A DNA stretch of 60,129 bases, counting the filler, from Pirum gemmata (lineage: Eukaryota), in the NCBI GenBank assembly GCA_002812295.1. It is 13 parts of 13 records of this genome, joined end to end, with 100 filler letters (N's around TTAATTAATTAA, not from the genome) between each part and the next. Parts side by side here need not be neighbours in the genome. Positions count along the whole stretch, not along the records: positions 1 to 4,516 come from PDIN01001087.1; positions 4,617 to 9,139 come from PDIN01001088.1; positions 9,240 to 13,747 come from PDIN01001089.1; 10 more parts are not named here. The stretch is one strand, 5' to 3'. The notes below the pieces were generated by a model that searched no databases, had not been told where the DNA came from, and was given only the letters and a program-made list of their open reading frames with translations. The position numbers and the translations under genes are program-made. Below are positions 1 through 9,535 of this stretch, piece by piece (positions within the stretch are counted from its first letter, which is position 1; every line of letters begins with the position of its first letter).

Positions 1-1435
1 AGGCCAAATTCTGCCCGGGCAGAATTCGGAGAAGTCTATCACTGAAATGTGACTGAAATTCACTGAATGACTTGAGTCGGAGAGTACTCGGAGAGTCCTG
101 AAAAAGATCGAAATGTTTATGCCATATAAAGGAAGTGATTTTTGGAGAATTCTATATATAGCTACTATCTCTATTATCTCCTAGATCAGACCATAGTCTA
201 TCGTCTATCGTCTGGGGTTTACTACTACTGGACCGTCTACTACCAGACTAGTAAGGACTAAACTTCTAGAGTTATAGTCTACTACCTACACGTTTTTTTT
301 TTTTTTTAAAAAAAAAATTAACGCAGGTTTGAGAAATTTTAATTAGGATGAGAGGTTATAGTGTGATTATTCCACTGTAGCTTGCACTTGCAGCTATGAT
401 ACAGACCTCTATATAATACCCCTTTACTCCTTTATATAGGGTACTGGTNAATTAAAATAAATGGATTTATATTGTATTAATTTGGTACTATTTATTATTT
501 ATTTTATGATGACAAAACAACTGAAAAGTTTTGTGTTGGTTTATCTGGCAGTGATGTTAAAAAAATTAAAAAAAAATATATATATTTTGTCCAGTTCAAA
601 ACTTTTTTTTAAAAAAGTAAACATACCAAATTACTATAATAGTAAAATTATCGGACACATTTAAATTACTTTGGTATTTTTTAATGAATGTTGTTTTTTA
701 TAAAGAAGTTCATTTTTCCACTTTTAACAGTACAATAAAGAGTAAATTGGAACTGATAAAGAGCCAATACAAGATAGGTGAAAAAGTGCTGAAAATAGCT
801 GAAAATATATTGAACCCAACATCTAGCTAGAACCCAACATTGACAAAGAAAAAAAAGTTTAGTCTAATTGGAGGAAAGGTGGTCTTTACCAATCCAAAGT
901 TGGAGATGGTCCTCTCATAAATACATAAGCCGTTAATAAATAATATCAATCAACCAATAAAAAAAATGAAATTAAGTAAATGTTTTCAAATCGTCCAATG
1001 AAAAAAGACTAAAAATGTTTGGAAATCCGACACAAATCTCTCTACAGAATCTCTCTGTACATGAGTAGTTCATGTGTTTATAATAAAATAAACTATGAAG
1101 TGACTATGATATCATGATTATTATATTGTGTCACTCAGAATATTTATTTGGTTGGTTATAATATATAAATTGACATTTTTAAATGAATAAATATATAATA
1201 AAGTGTACCAAATTAAATGAAATGGATTTTATTTTATTAATTTGTTACTCTTTATTGTATATTTTATTCAGTCACGAAATGTTGCCAAATTCAACATCGG
1301 CGGACTCTCTACTAGCTAGAGCTACTAGTCTAGCAGCTAGCTACGATAATAGTATTGATAGCTAAACTGGTCTAAGAGCTGTGGTGTCAGTAACTGTTGT
1401 TCGGATTGCAATTTTTGACCTTCCCACACAGGAGG

Positions 1436-1575
1436 GGGTTGGGGTTGGGGTTGGGGTTAGGGTTAGGGTTAGGGTTAGGGTTAGGGTTAGGGTTAAGGTT
1501 AGGGTTAGGATTGGGGTTAGGGTTATAGTTAGGTTAACTTAGAGTTAGGGTTGGTGTTAGTGTTAGCGTTAGTAA
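1436..1575 (+). repeat. Interstitial (TTAGGG)n telomere-like array, degenerate at edges
   Basis: Direct reading of tandem GGGTTA units. Confidence 0.9.
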
Positions 1576-1772
1576 CTGTTTGTTACCAGTGAACTAGTAG
1601 GTGGTTTTTTTTTTACCATCTTCCAAGTCTGAGAGACAAGGTCAAGATTTGAAGGGGTCGAGCTGTGGTCATGAAGAAAAAACACTTTCACAATTTTCAC
1701 CTTTCAGTGTTTTTATTAGTAGTCATTTTCACCTTCTGGCTTTCCTCAATTCAACTTTTACACTAATTTTAC

Positions 1773-1981
1773 AGTAGGGGTGAGATATCTACTGGAACTT
1801 TTTTCGAACAGATGCTTATCGAGCCAACTTAGCAGTCAAATAGCTTAAAATAGTGAATTTAATTATAGTAGATACCAATTAAAGTAACAGTATTAACATT
1901 AATAGTAATAAAAACCATAAAAATCGGAAAAGTTCCGGCAGCTGTTCGGTAATAATAAAATGACGTCATCTCACCCCTACT
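1773..1981. mobile_element. MITE family D (TIR AGTAGGGGTGAGAT, 8-bp TSD; hAT-like)
   Basis: TIRs AGTAGGGGTGAGAT / ATCTCACCCCTACT with TSD AATTTTAC at 1765-1772 and 1982-1989. Other copies at about 30717-30928, 31628-31855, 35340-35470, 37527-37753, 40106-40266 and 58312-58456. Confidence 0.88.
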
Positions 1982-2015
1982 AATTTTACACAGTGAATTT
2001 TTTTTTTAGGTTAAT

Positions 2016-2070
2016 CAAGGACTTCAAATTTTTTGAAGTCCTTGGGTTAATTCAAGGCTTCAAGTCCTTG
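2016..2070. mobile_element. Two adjacent ultra-short CAAGG...CCTTG palindromes, each with a 7-bp TSD (P-like footprints)
   Basis: 2016-2044 is flanked by GGTTAAT on both sides; 2053-2070 is flanked by GTTAATT on both sides. Confidence 0.75.
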
Positions 2071-2744
2071 GTTAATTTTTTCAAATCGATTTTAGACTAT
2101 GATATGATAAAAAAAAAAAAAAATCCGTTGTAAATACCCCAGAGTCGGCCCAGCCAATCTATATATTATTCGATATAGACTATTATTATCATGTTGTCCA
2201 ATGCAAATCCAGTGCAAAAACTAAAATAAACTACCTAATTATTATTATGGTTAAACAAACTTATCAGACATGTTTGGATATAATATTATTTAGTATTTTA
2301 TACGTAATCCTGTATTTAAAAAATTAAGTTCAATTTTACACGTAAACAGTACCAAATCAAAGATTGAGAGGATAACTGTGATGAAATAGACGATGAAACC
2401 GTAAGACAAGGCTGTCCACATTTACGTTCTGCCTAGGCCTGTTTGCAATTTATTTACTATATATAATTATATTATGTCATAAGAATTATATTATCCACAT
2501 CATCACCAACTATGCTGATGATCCCGCTAAACAAATAAATATTCGGAGTGACAAAATAAATGAAAAGCACAATGTTAAATACATGTTCTGCAAAAATGAA
2601 CTAGACTACTGGTAGTCGTAATCAAAATACATTTGGTAGGTAAATGGTAAAACATCAGAAGTTACAAACTCAACAAAAAAAACGCATCAGAAAGAACATG
2701 ATAGTCTAGATATTATAATATATATTTGTATACATATAATATTA

Positions 2745-2964
2745 TCGTGTTTTTCAATAGTGTTGTCCAGTTCAAAAACTGAAATAAACGTACCAAATTA
2801 TTATTATGGTTAAACTATCAGACATGTTTTAATTAATTTGGTATTTTATACTTAATTTTTTATTTTATAAAAAAGTTCAATTATACACTTAAACAGTACC
2901 AAATTAAAGATTGAGAGGACAATTAATTTGTAATGAAATAAATGATATATAGTTATTGAAAAAC
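2745..2964. mobile_element. MITE family B (termini TCGTGTTTTTCAATA...TATTGAAAAAC)
   Basis: Dispersed ~220-bp repeat (core GTTGTCCAGTTCAAAAACTGAAATAAAC..ACCAAATT). Partial copies at about 588-770, 2190-2395, 8240-8500, 36570-36725, 59090-59220 (inverted) and 59408-59640. Confidence 0.75.
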
Positions 2965-3399
2965 TTGCCTCCGGATTCCCTGTGTTCTACCCGTTACTCA
3001 TCCTACTCTTCTATGATATGCTAGACTACACTTTTTGGATGGAAAGAACAGTGAAAGAACTCTGGTGGTGGTGGGAGGGGGAATGGAGGTTCTACTTCAA
3101 ATTATCATAAATAAATAGTAAACTATCACTAAAACAATTTTTACGATAATACAGCATTATGTAATATAATATACTACCAACAAATAATTTAATTAATAAA
3201 ATGAATTTTTAATAAAATTGATAAATAGTTTATTTTTTTTTTTTTAAAAAAACTAAAAATTACCAATAATAGTCAATAATAATTAATAAATAACTGCACT
3301 TTACAGAGTAAATAAATAAAACACTTTGTTTTGTGTTTTGTTTGTGTTTTTGGAAAATTATAAAAACAAGTACACTCTAGTACTACACAATGATATTTT

Positions 3400-4362
3400 T
3401 TATGCAGTGGATAAATCAGGCATACCAGCGTAAACATTACTTTCAATACCACATTCATTATTCCCTGCTCTAATTCTGAAGAATCCATCTTCACCAAAAG
3501 ATGTTCCCCAACTATTTGCAATAATCCAATGAAGTTTATTATCAGTGCCATCACGCCCCCAACCAACTAGCTTAACCGCATGACCACCCATGACAGGCCC
3601 TGTTGTATGCTCGTATACTCCGCTTTTATAATTCATAAAATCTTGATAAACTGTAAAAGCTACTTCAATGGGACCATTTTTGATCAATTCAGTTTGAATT
3701 TTTTTAACAACATTTCTATGCATTAACACATCCCAGAATGAAACTACAGAGTAACTTGATTCAGCTTTGTAATATTTTGGTGTAGATCCATCTTTACAAG
3801 TATGTTGGCAATTACGTCCTTGTCCATCCCCTGAAATGTAAGGTTGGCATTTGTCACTAACAACACCACGTGTTTTCATAAAGTCCCAAGCACCATTCAA
3901 AGTTCCACCATTACAGCCCATGCATTTTCCATCACAACTAACCAAGTTTTCAGGAGATAAATTTCCAACATCTTTACCAGCAATACAGAAACGATCGGAT
4001 AGAGATTCAGTAGCACCGAAAGCCCAACATGAGCCACACCTTTGCTGATCCCTAATATTATGGACACAAGATGCCCATTTTTCTCTTCCGTCAAACTCAT
4101 CAGGTATGGTTACGTCGTTAGTTTCTAATTCTAAATAGAATGGTCTGTTATGTGCTTTAGGTGGATGCTTATTTATCACTGTTCCCATCATTTTGGATAT
4201 TTCAAACAAGGAATAGTTGTCGAAAGCTTTATTTGGTCCAGCTTCCCACGTTGCTTCTCCTAAACTGTTGACATGGTCGATAATGTCTTTTTCTGCCAAA
4301 AATCCAAATTCATATCCCGAAACCGTGGATACTAATAATAATGCAGAAGTTAATTTATTCAT
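3400..4362 (-). CDS. CTSB: Cathepsin B-like papain-family (C1A) cysteine protease, intronless
   Basis: Signal peptide and propeptide (IIDHVNS..TWEAG). IRDQQRCGSCWAF carries the catalytic Cys, GGHAVKLVGWG the His and WIIANSWG the Asn; ends NECGIES. Confidence 0.95.
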   Translation of the reverse strand: MNKLTSALLLVSTVSGYEFGFLAEKDIIDHVNSLGEATWEAGPNKAFDNYSLFEISKMMGTVINKHPPKAHNRPFYLELETNDVTIPDEFDGREKWASCVHNIRDQQRCGSCWAFGATESLSDRFCIAGKDVGNLSPENLVSCDGKCMGCNGGTLNGAWDFMKTRGVVSDKCQPYISGDGQGRNCQHTCKDGSTPKYYKAESSYSVVSFWDVLMHRNVVKKIQTELIKNGPIEVAFTVYQDFMNYKSGVYEHTTGPVMGGHAVKLVGWGRDGTDNKLHWIIANSWGTSFGEDGFFRIRAGNNECGIESNVYAGMPDLSTA

Positions 4363-4516
4363 AATTATAAGTAGGTGAGGGTATTAAATTTTGAGTATTT
4401 AATTTATTAAAAAATTATGATATTTATAAATTATGAATATTATTAATTATGAATATTATTAATTTATTATTGACCATAATCATATCTCCAGGTTTATATA
4501 ATATATATACCCCGGG

Positions 4517-4616
4517 NNNNNNNNNNNNNNNNNNNNNNNNNNNNNNNNNNNNNNNNNNNNTTAATTAATTAANNNNNNNNNNNNNNNNNNNNNNNNNNNN
4601 NNNNNNNNNNNNNNNN
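4517..4616. other. Artificial contig-joining linker (N44-TTAATTAATTAA-N44); first of 12 (others start at 9140, 13748, 18367, 23004, 27659, 32262, 36894, 41520, 46280, 50847, 55512)
   Basis: The same 100-nt N/TTAATTAATTAA/N block, which puts stops in all six frames, recurs about every 4.6 kb. The contigs between are all of similar length. Confidence 0.98.
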
Positions 4617-4658
4617 AGTAGAAAATAAAATTTAACTGATTAACATTCAAGGCTCAAA

Positions 4659-5894
4659 ATGACTGATCAAGAAAAAATGGCTAAAATGAATGGACTGACT
4701 TTAGAAGGGGAATCAAACTACATGGAGTGGAAGTCATCGCTAAGAAGTAATTTAAATAGCACCTGGATTGAGTTAAGAAAACTAGAGGACTTTAAACCGA
4801 AAGCTAACTTGAAATTCTTAATTGATTATATTCCGGATGATTGTTCATATAGATTAGCATTATACGAAAATGATGAATTAAAACGCTGCAATGATAATAA
4901 ATATGTGGCAAATTTGATGAGTATGGAAACCTTCGATAGGTACATACAACTTTACATGGACGAAGCCAACAGCAAAGTAACTAGTTATATTAAAAAATCT
5001 GTTAACACAAGAATTAGACAAACATTGATGAATGAAGATGACGCATTGAGAATTATGTCAAAATTACAAGATAGATACGGTAGTAAGTTAGTTACTACTA
5101 AAGACCAAGTAGTGTCCAGGTTAAGAAGAATTAAAGTAGGAAGAGGAAAATATAACCAAATTCAAGATGTTGTAGAAGAAATTGACTTTCAGAGTCAATC
5201 ATTAGCACAAATGGGTCTGAGTATTGACAAAGGTGAAATTGTAAGTATTTTGGTAGGGTCAATGAATGAAAAGCCAGAATATTTAGCAATTATAGCATCG
5301 GATTATTCACAATTTGTTAGTAATAATGATGGTCGTGAAATTACTGAAGAAGATTGGGATGGGTTTATAATTATGTTTATTAATAGTATAAAAAATGTAG
5401 ATTCGTTATTGAACCTTGGTAATAAGGATAATAGAGGGGATAACAGTAATGGAGATAGAGCATTTTTTAATGATAGAATGTGTAGATTCTTTAAAATGGG
5501 CAAGTGTTTGAAAGGAGATCAATGTAATATGGTTCACTCTAGTGGTAATAAAAATAATAATGGTAAAGGTAACAATAATAATCAAAATAATAATCAAGGT
5601 GGTAATGGTATGGGTGATAATAATTATTATAAAAAACCTTGTAAATTTTATGCTATGGGTCATTGTAAAAAGGAAAATAAATGTACATGGTTACATAATA
5701 ATAAGAACAATAATAACTACAAGCTAAATAGAGGATATTATAATGATAATAATGAGGATAACAATAAGAATAATAATGATGAGATGATTAACAAAGATAA
5801 TAATAACAATAACAATAATAATAATGATCATTTTAATGAAAGGGAATTATCAGAATTAGGGCAAAAATTTAGAGAATTTTTACAAACAATTTGA
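4659..5894 (+). CDS. Ty1/copia-type Gag-like ORF with two CCCH zinc fingers
   Basis: N-terminal LEGESNYMEWK, helical UBN2-like core (IMSKLQDRYG...LAQMGLSIDKGEIVSILVGSM), fingers CRFFKMGKCLKGDQCNMVH and CKFYAMGHCKKENKCTWLH. Followed in frame by a copia protease. Confidence 0.8.
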   Translation: MTDQEKMAKMNGLTLEGESNYMEWKSSLRSNLNSTWIELRKLEDFKPKANLKFLIDYIPDDCSYRLALYENDELKRCNDNKYVANLMSMETFDRYIQLYMDEANSKVTSYIKKSVNTRIRQTLMNEDDALRIMSKLQDRYGSKLVTTKDQVVSRLRRIKVGRGKYNQIQDVVEEIDFQSQSLAQMGLSIDKGEIVSILVGSMNEKPEYLAIIASDYSQFVSNNDGREITEEDWDGFIIMFINSIKNVDSLLNLGNKDNRGDNSNGDRAFFNDRMCRFFKMGKCLKGDQCNMVHSSGNKNNNGKGNNNNQNNNQGGNGMGDNNYYKKPCKFYAMGHCKKENKCTWLHNNKNNNNYKLNRGYYNDNNEDNNKNNNDEMINKDNNNNNNNNNDHFNERELSELGQKFREFLQTI

Positions 5895-6566
5895 CGAAGT
5901 AAAGATGATAATACGAAAGGTGATAATAACAACTTAGAAATAATAATAAACAAGAAGAAATTTAATGTTAGTTATAACTGTAGTGATAAGGAATTTAGGG
6001 ATATAACAAATAGAGTAACAAAAATATTTATCGACTCTGCATCAGATAAAAACATAGCAATAACTAAATCTAATTTTTATGAGTTTAAATATACTAAAGG
6101 TCAATGGCTAAGTGGCATTGGTGGTAAAATACCGATTATTGGAGAAGGCAAAGATTCAAGGTTTAGTGGTTTAACTCTATATGTACCAGATTCACCAGTT
6201 GAATTGATTAGTTGTAACCAAGCAAGGAAGGAGGGTTACAATGTATTATTCAGGAGTGATGGTCTTGTGTTGATTTATAAGAATGGTGATGTTTCTACTA
6301 TCATAGGAGAGGTAAGGAATGGTATGTATGAGTATGATTATAATGGTTGTTATGTGGTAACAAGGAGTAATAATGAGGATAATAAACTTAATAGTGATAA
6401 TTATAATTATAATAGTAACATAAGCTTAGACAATATAATCCAAAGGGTAAAAAATAAATTAATACAAAAGAAAAATTTAAAATTGAAATGTAATACTAAT
6501 AGTGATAGCAATGAATCTAGTGACTCAGAGTGGTATGATTGTGAGTGTGAGGGAATTTGTGATTCC

Positions 6567-6598
<32 letters not shown>

Positions 6599-6626
6599 GA
6601 AAGAATTTTTTTTAAAAAAAATATAA
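5895..6626 (+). mobile_element. Copia-type aspartic protease region, in frame with Gag after a single TGA; no integrase or RT follows
   Basis: Translating past the TGA at 5892-5894 gives IFIDSASDKNI (catalytic Asp codon 6033-6035), LSGIGGKIPIIGEG, LYVPDSPVELISCNQARKEGYNVLF and GEVRNGMY. These match the copia protease pattern. The frame stays open to 6626. Confidence 0.8.
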
Positions 6627-6790
6627 ATAGAATTAAATTATGTTGTTTTTGATAATGTATATAAGTAGATATTTTGAAGTAGTTTTATAAAAATTATATT
6701 TTAAAAAAATATATAAACAACTTTTAGACAAAGTTAAAAAAGATATATAAATAATACATATTAGAATAAAAGGAGAAGTAAAAAAAAAAA

Positions 6791-7912
6791 ATGATTTTTC
6801 AATCTAGCCTTATCCCTGCCTTAGTTTTGGCATCTGTAGGTCATGCTTCCGAATTCACTAGCCGATCAAGACCTCAGCTTTCCCGTCGAGCCACCCCACC
6901 TTCTTGCGTTGATGTAACTAAAGAAAATAATCCTAAGTGCTTCGCAGATATGTTGTGGGTAAAAACAGATGGATTGTATTCGCACCCGGAATGGTATAAA
7001 ACTCTTTCAGTCAATTCCACTTTACAGGATATTCAGCAATTTTTATATAACAGTCCAGACAATTCTAATTGTCCAATTCCATGTATTGAACTTCCTTACC
7101 CAAGCGAATTAAGTATAAGTAGTACTGAAAAATATAATAAAGCACCGGTTGTTGGGAAAGAAATAACGGGGAGATGCCGTGGGAGCGGGGATCAACACAA
7201 CATTGGAGTCGAAATGTGGGATGGTCAGAAGTTGGTAGAGAAAATTATGGATGTAAACATGGAAAAGAAATGGTACAAGTACATTGGTAAAGTAAATGAT
7301 AAAGGTTACATAAAATATACCTGTAATGGTGCTGTAGAAGATGAAGATATTGAGGTGGGAAATGATTATGCTGGTCAATTAGTAGAAGTACATGTTTATC
7401 CAGAGGGTATGGAGGAAGGTTTCGCTGCGGCTTTACCTTGGGGAAATGGTAAAATCTTTTTTAAAGTTATTAAACCTAAAATAACTGCCCGTTCAGTATA
7501 CCCCGCTAGTTATGAAAATATTGGCTCCAAACCTGGTATAGGTTACGATTTTTGGGACACTAAATGTATTGGTTATCAGGAAAATATTTTCTCTAATGTT
7601 TGGAGAGCTATATCAGGAAGAAAAATTGTGTATAATTTAAAAGTACGAGTGTGGGATGGTCAAGTATTTAATGAAAGAACTATTGATGTTAACCAAGATA
7701 AAATTTGGAATGGTTACATGACCAAAACCAATGCCAAAGGTGAATTTGAATATTGGTGTAGTGATGGGAGTAAACATACCGAAAGTTTGGGTTCCCAACA
7801 TGCTAACAAGGTTATCGAAGTAAATTCTAAAAATGAAAATCAGAAAAATTTAGTTTCTTTCAAAGTCATGTTAAGTGGGTTAACTGGAAAAGAGCAATTA
7901 TTGTTAAATTAA
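6791..7912 (+). CDS. Secreted orphan protein: signal peptide, Cys-rich HPEWY module and two internal repeats
   Basis: 373-aa intronless ORF with a hydrophobic N-terminus. Repeats VEMWDGQKLVEKIMDVNMEKKW..KVNDKGYIKYTC and VRVWDGQVFNERTIDVNQDKIW..KTNAKGEFEYWC. Confidence 0.85.
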   Translation: MIFQSSLIPALVLASVGHASEFTSRSRPQLSRRATPPSCVDVTKENNPKCFADMLWVKTDGLYSHPEWYKTLSVNSTLQDIQQFLYNSPDNSNCPIPCIELPYPSELSISSTEKYNKAPVVGKEITGRCRGSGDQHNIGVEMWDGQKLVEKIMDVNMEKKWYKYIGKVNDKGYIKYTCNGAVEDEDIEVGNDYAGQLVEVHVYPEGMEEGFAAALPWGNGKIFFKVIKPKITARSVYPASYENIGSKPGIGYDFWDTKCIGYQENIFSNVWRAISGRKIVYNLKVRVWDGQVFNERTIDVNQDKIWNGYMTKTNAKGEFEYWCSDGSKHTESLGSQHANKVIEVNSKNENQKNLVSFKVMLSGLTGKEQLLLN

Positions 7913-8345
7913 TTAATACTAATATAATTATATAAAAACTGTAGTTTTATAATTTAAAATATTAAATTCTTTTTTTAATACATTTCCAAGTTAATTATAA
8001 TATACTATATAATTATAATATATAATATTGCATAAAGTGTCGACATGTCTACATAAAATCTGTAGTTTGTAGTTTCAAAATTTTGATAAAATTATAATTA
8101 ATATTTATTCTTCAATAAATTTCAAGTTAATTAAAATTTATTCTTTTAATAAATTTCAAGTTAAATTTAATAAAATTATAATTAATTTTTATTCTTCAAT
8201 AAATTTCAAGTTAATTAATAATTGTAATATTATATTAATTGTGTTTTTCAATAGTATTGTCCAGACCAAATTATTAATTATTATATTACAATTGCAACTA
8301 TCAGTCATTTTTTAATTAATTTGGCATTTCATAATCGTGTTTTTC

Positions 8346-8373
8346 CATGAGAACTAGATATGCAGTTCTCATG
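8346..8373. mobile_element. 28-bp CATGAGAACT...AGTTCTCATG palindrome with 7-bp TSD GTTTTTC (second P-like footprint family)
   Basis: TSD at 8339-8345 and 8374-8380. It interrupts the TCGTGTTTTTCAATA terminus of a family-B MITE. Confidence 0.72.
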
Positions 8374-8688
8374 GTTTTTCAATAATAGACTAGTATTAAA
8401 TTATTATTATTGTATTAATACAACTATCAACCATGTTATAATTAATATTGTTTTTCATAGACAAATTCAATTATACACTTATTAAACAGTACCAAATATA
8501 TAAGAGGCCCGAAAATAAAGTGACATTATTACCTAACCTGACTTTAAATTGCTTACATGCACATACCCTTGGGTGATAATTTCGAAATGGCAAAGAATTT
8601 GTTAGACATTTCTTGACTATTTGCAGTATTTTGTACCACGTTCAAATACTACGTAACGATGTGGCTCCCTAAGAGATCCAAACCCAAT

Positions 8689-9005
8689 AGGCTTCTCTTA
8701 TTTCAAGCCCATGTATAATAAATAAGTTCGAAAATTTTTTAAACTAACAGTTTTTTAAGTATTCGAGTATATTTACTTATTAAAAAATTTTATAAACCCG
8801 AAAAAATGGAAAATATAATTGGAGTTTTCGGGCTCGAGCAGAATTGGGAGTAGAAAAAAACTTCTCCCAATTCTGCCCCTAAAACTCGACTTCCTTTATA
8901 ATGTAGCCCTTGGTGGTAGAATTAATCTCCCTCCCTTTTTTTTTTCAAAAAAACACCATTATACCATTTTTCAAAAAAGGCCAAATTCTGTCCGGGCAGA
9001 ACTGA
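8689..9005. mobile_element. Dispersed repeat family H (termini TA|G(A/G)CTTCTCC(C)AA(T/C)TTCTGC..., palindrome TTCTGCCCGGGCAGAA)
   Basis: Related segments at 1-36, 28668-28890, 35718-35915, 46765-46965 and 58527-58660. Confidence 0.7.
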
Positions 9006-9006
9006 G

Positions 9007-9049
<43 letters not shown>

Positions 9050-9535
9050 AAAAAAAAAAAAGTAAACCAGCTGTGAACCGCAAACAAAAAGCTCTTTCCC
9101 ATTCGTTACATCGAAAAACATTTTCACAGCGTTTTATTCNNNNNNNNNNNNNNNNNNNNNNNNNNNNNNNNNNNNNNNNNNNNTTAATTAATTAANNNNN
9201 NNNNNNNNNNNNNNNNNNNNNNNNNNNNNNNNNNNNNNNGGTTCCGGGAGGGGGTTCCGGGAGGGGGTTCCGGGAGGGAGTTCCGGGAGAAAATGTTCCA
9301 ACAGAGGCTGGATAAAGCGGGGTTAACGGGGTAAGACTGAATGTTTTTTAAAAAAGGCGGGTTCAACAGCGTAAAAGTGAAACAGTGATTGAAAGAGAGG
9401 AGCGGAAAAGAAAGACACATGGACAAAAGAGGGGAGAGAAAGAAAGTAGAGCGGGATAAAAAAAAACGGGAAAGAGGAAAGAGGGATGAAAAGGGAGAGG
9501 ACAGGGAGGTATATATATATATATATATATAAAAC

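Noticed and set aside
4561..4572. Regularly spaced TTAATTAATTAA palindrome every ~4.6 kb, superficially like an array or chromosome-breakage signal
   Set aside because: It is always centred in identical N padding, so it is an artificial six-frame-stop linker.
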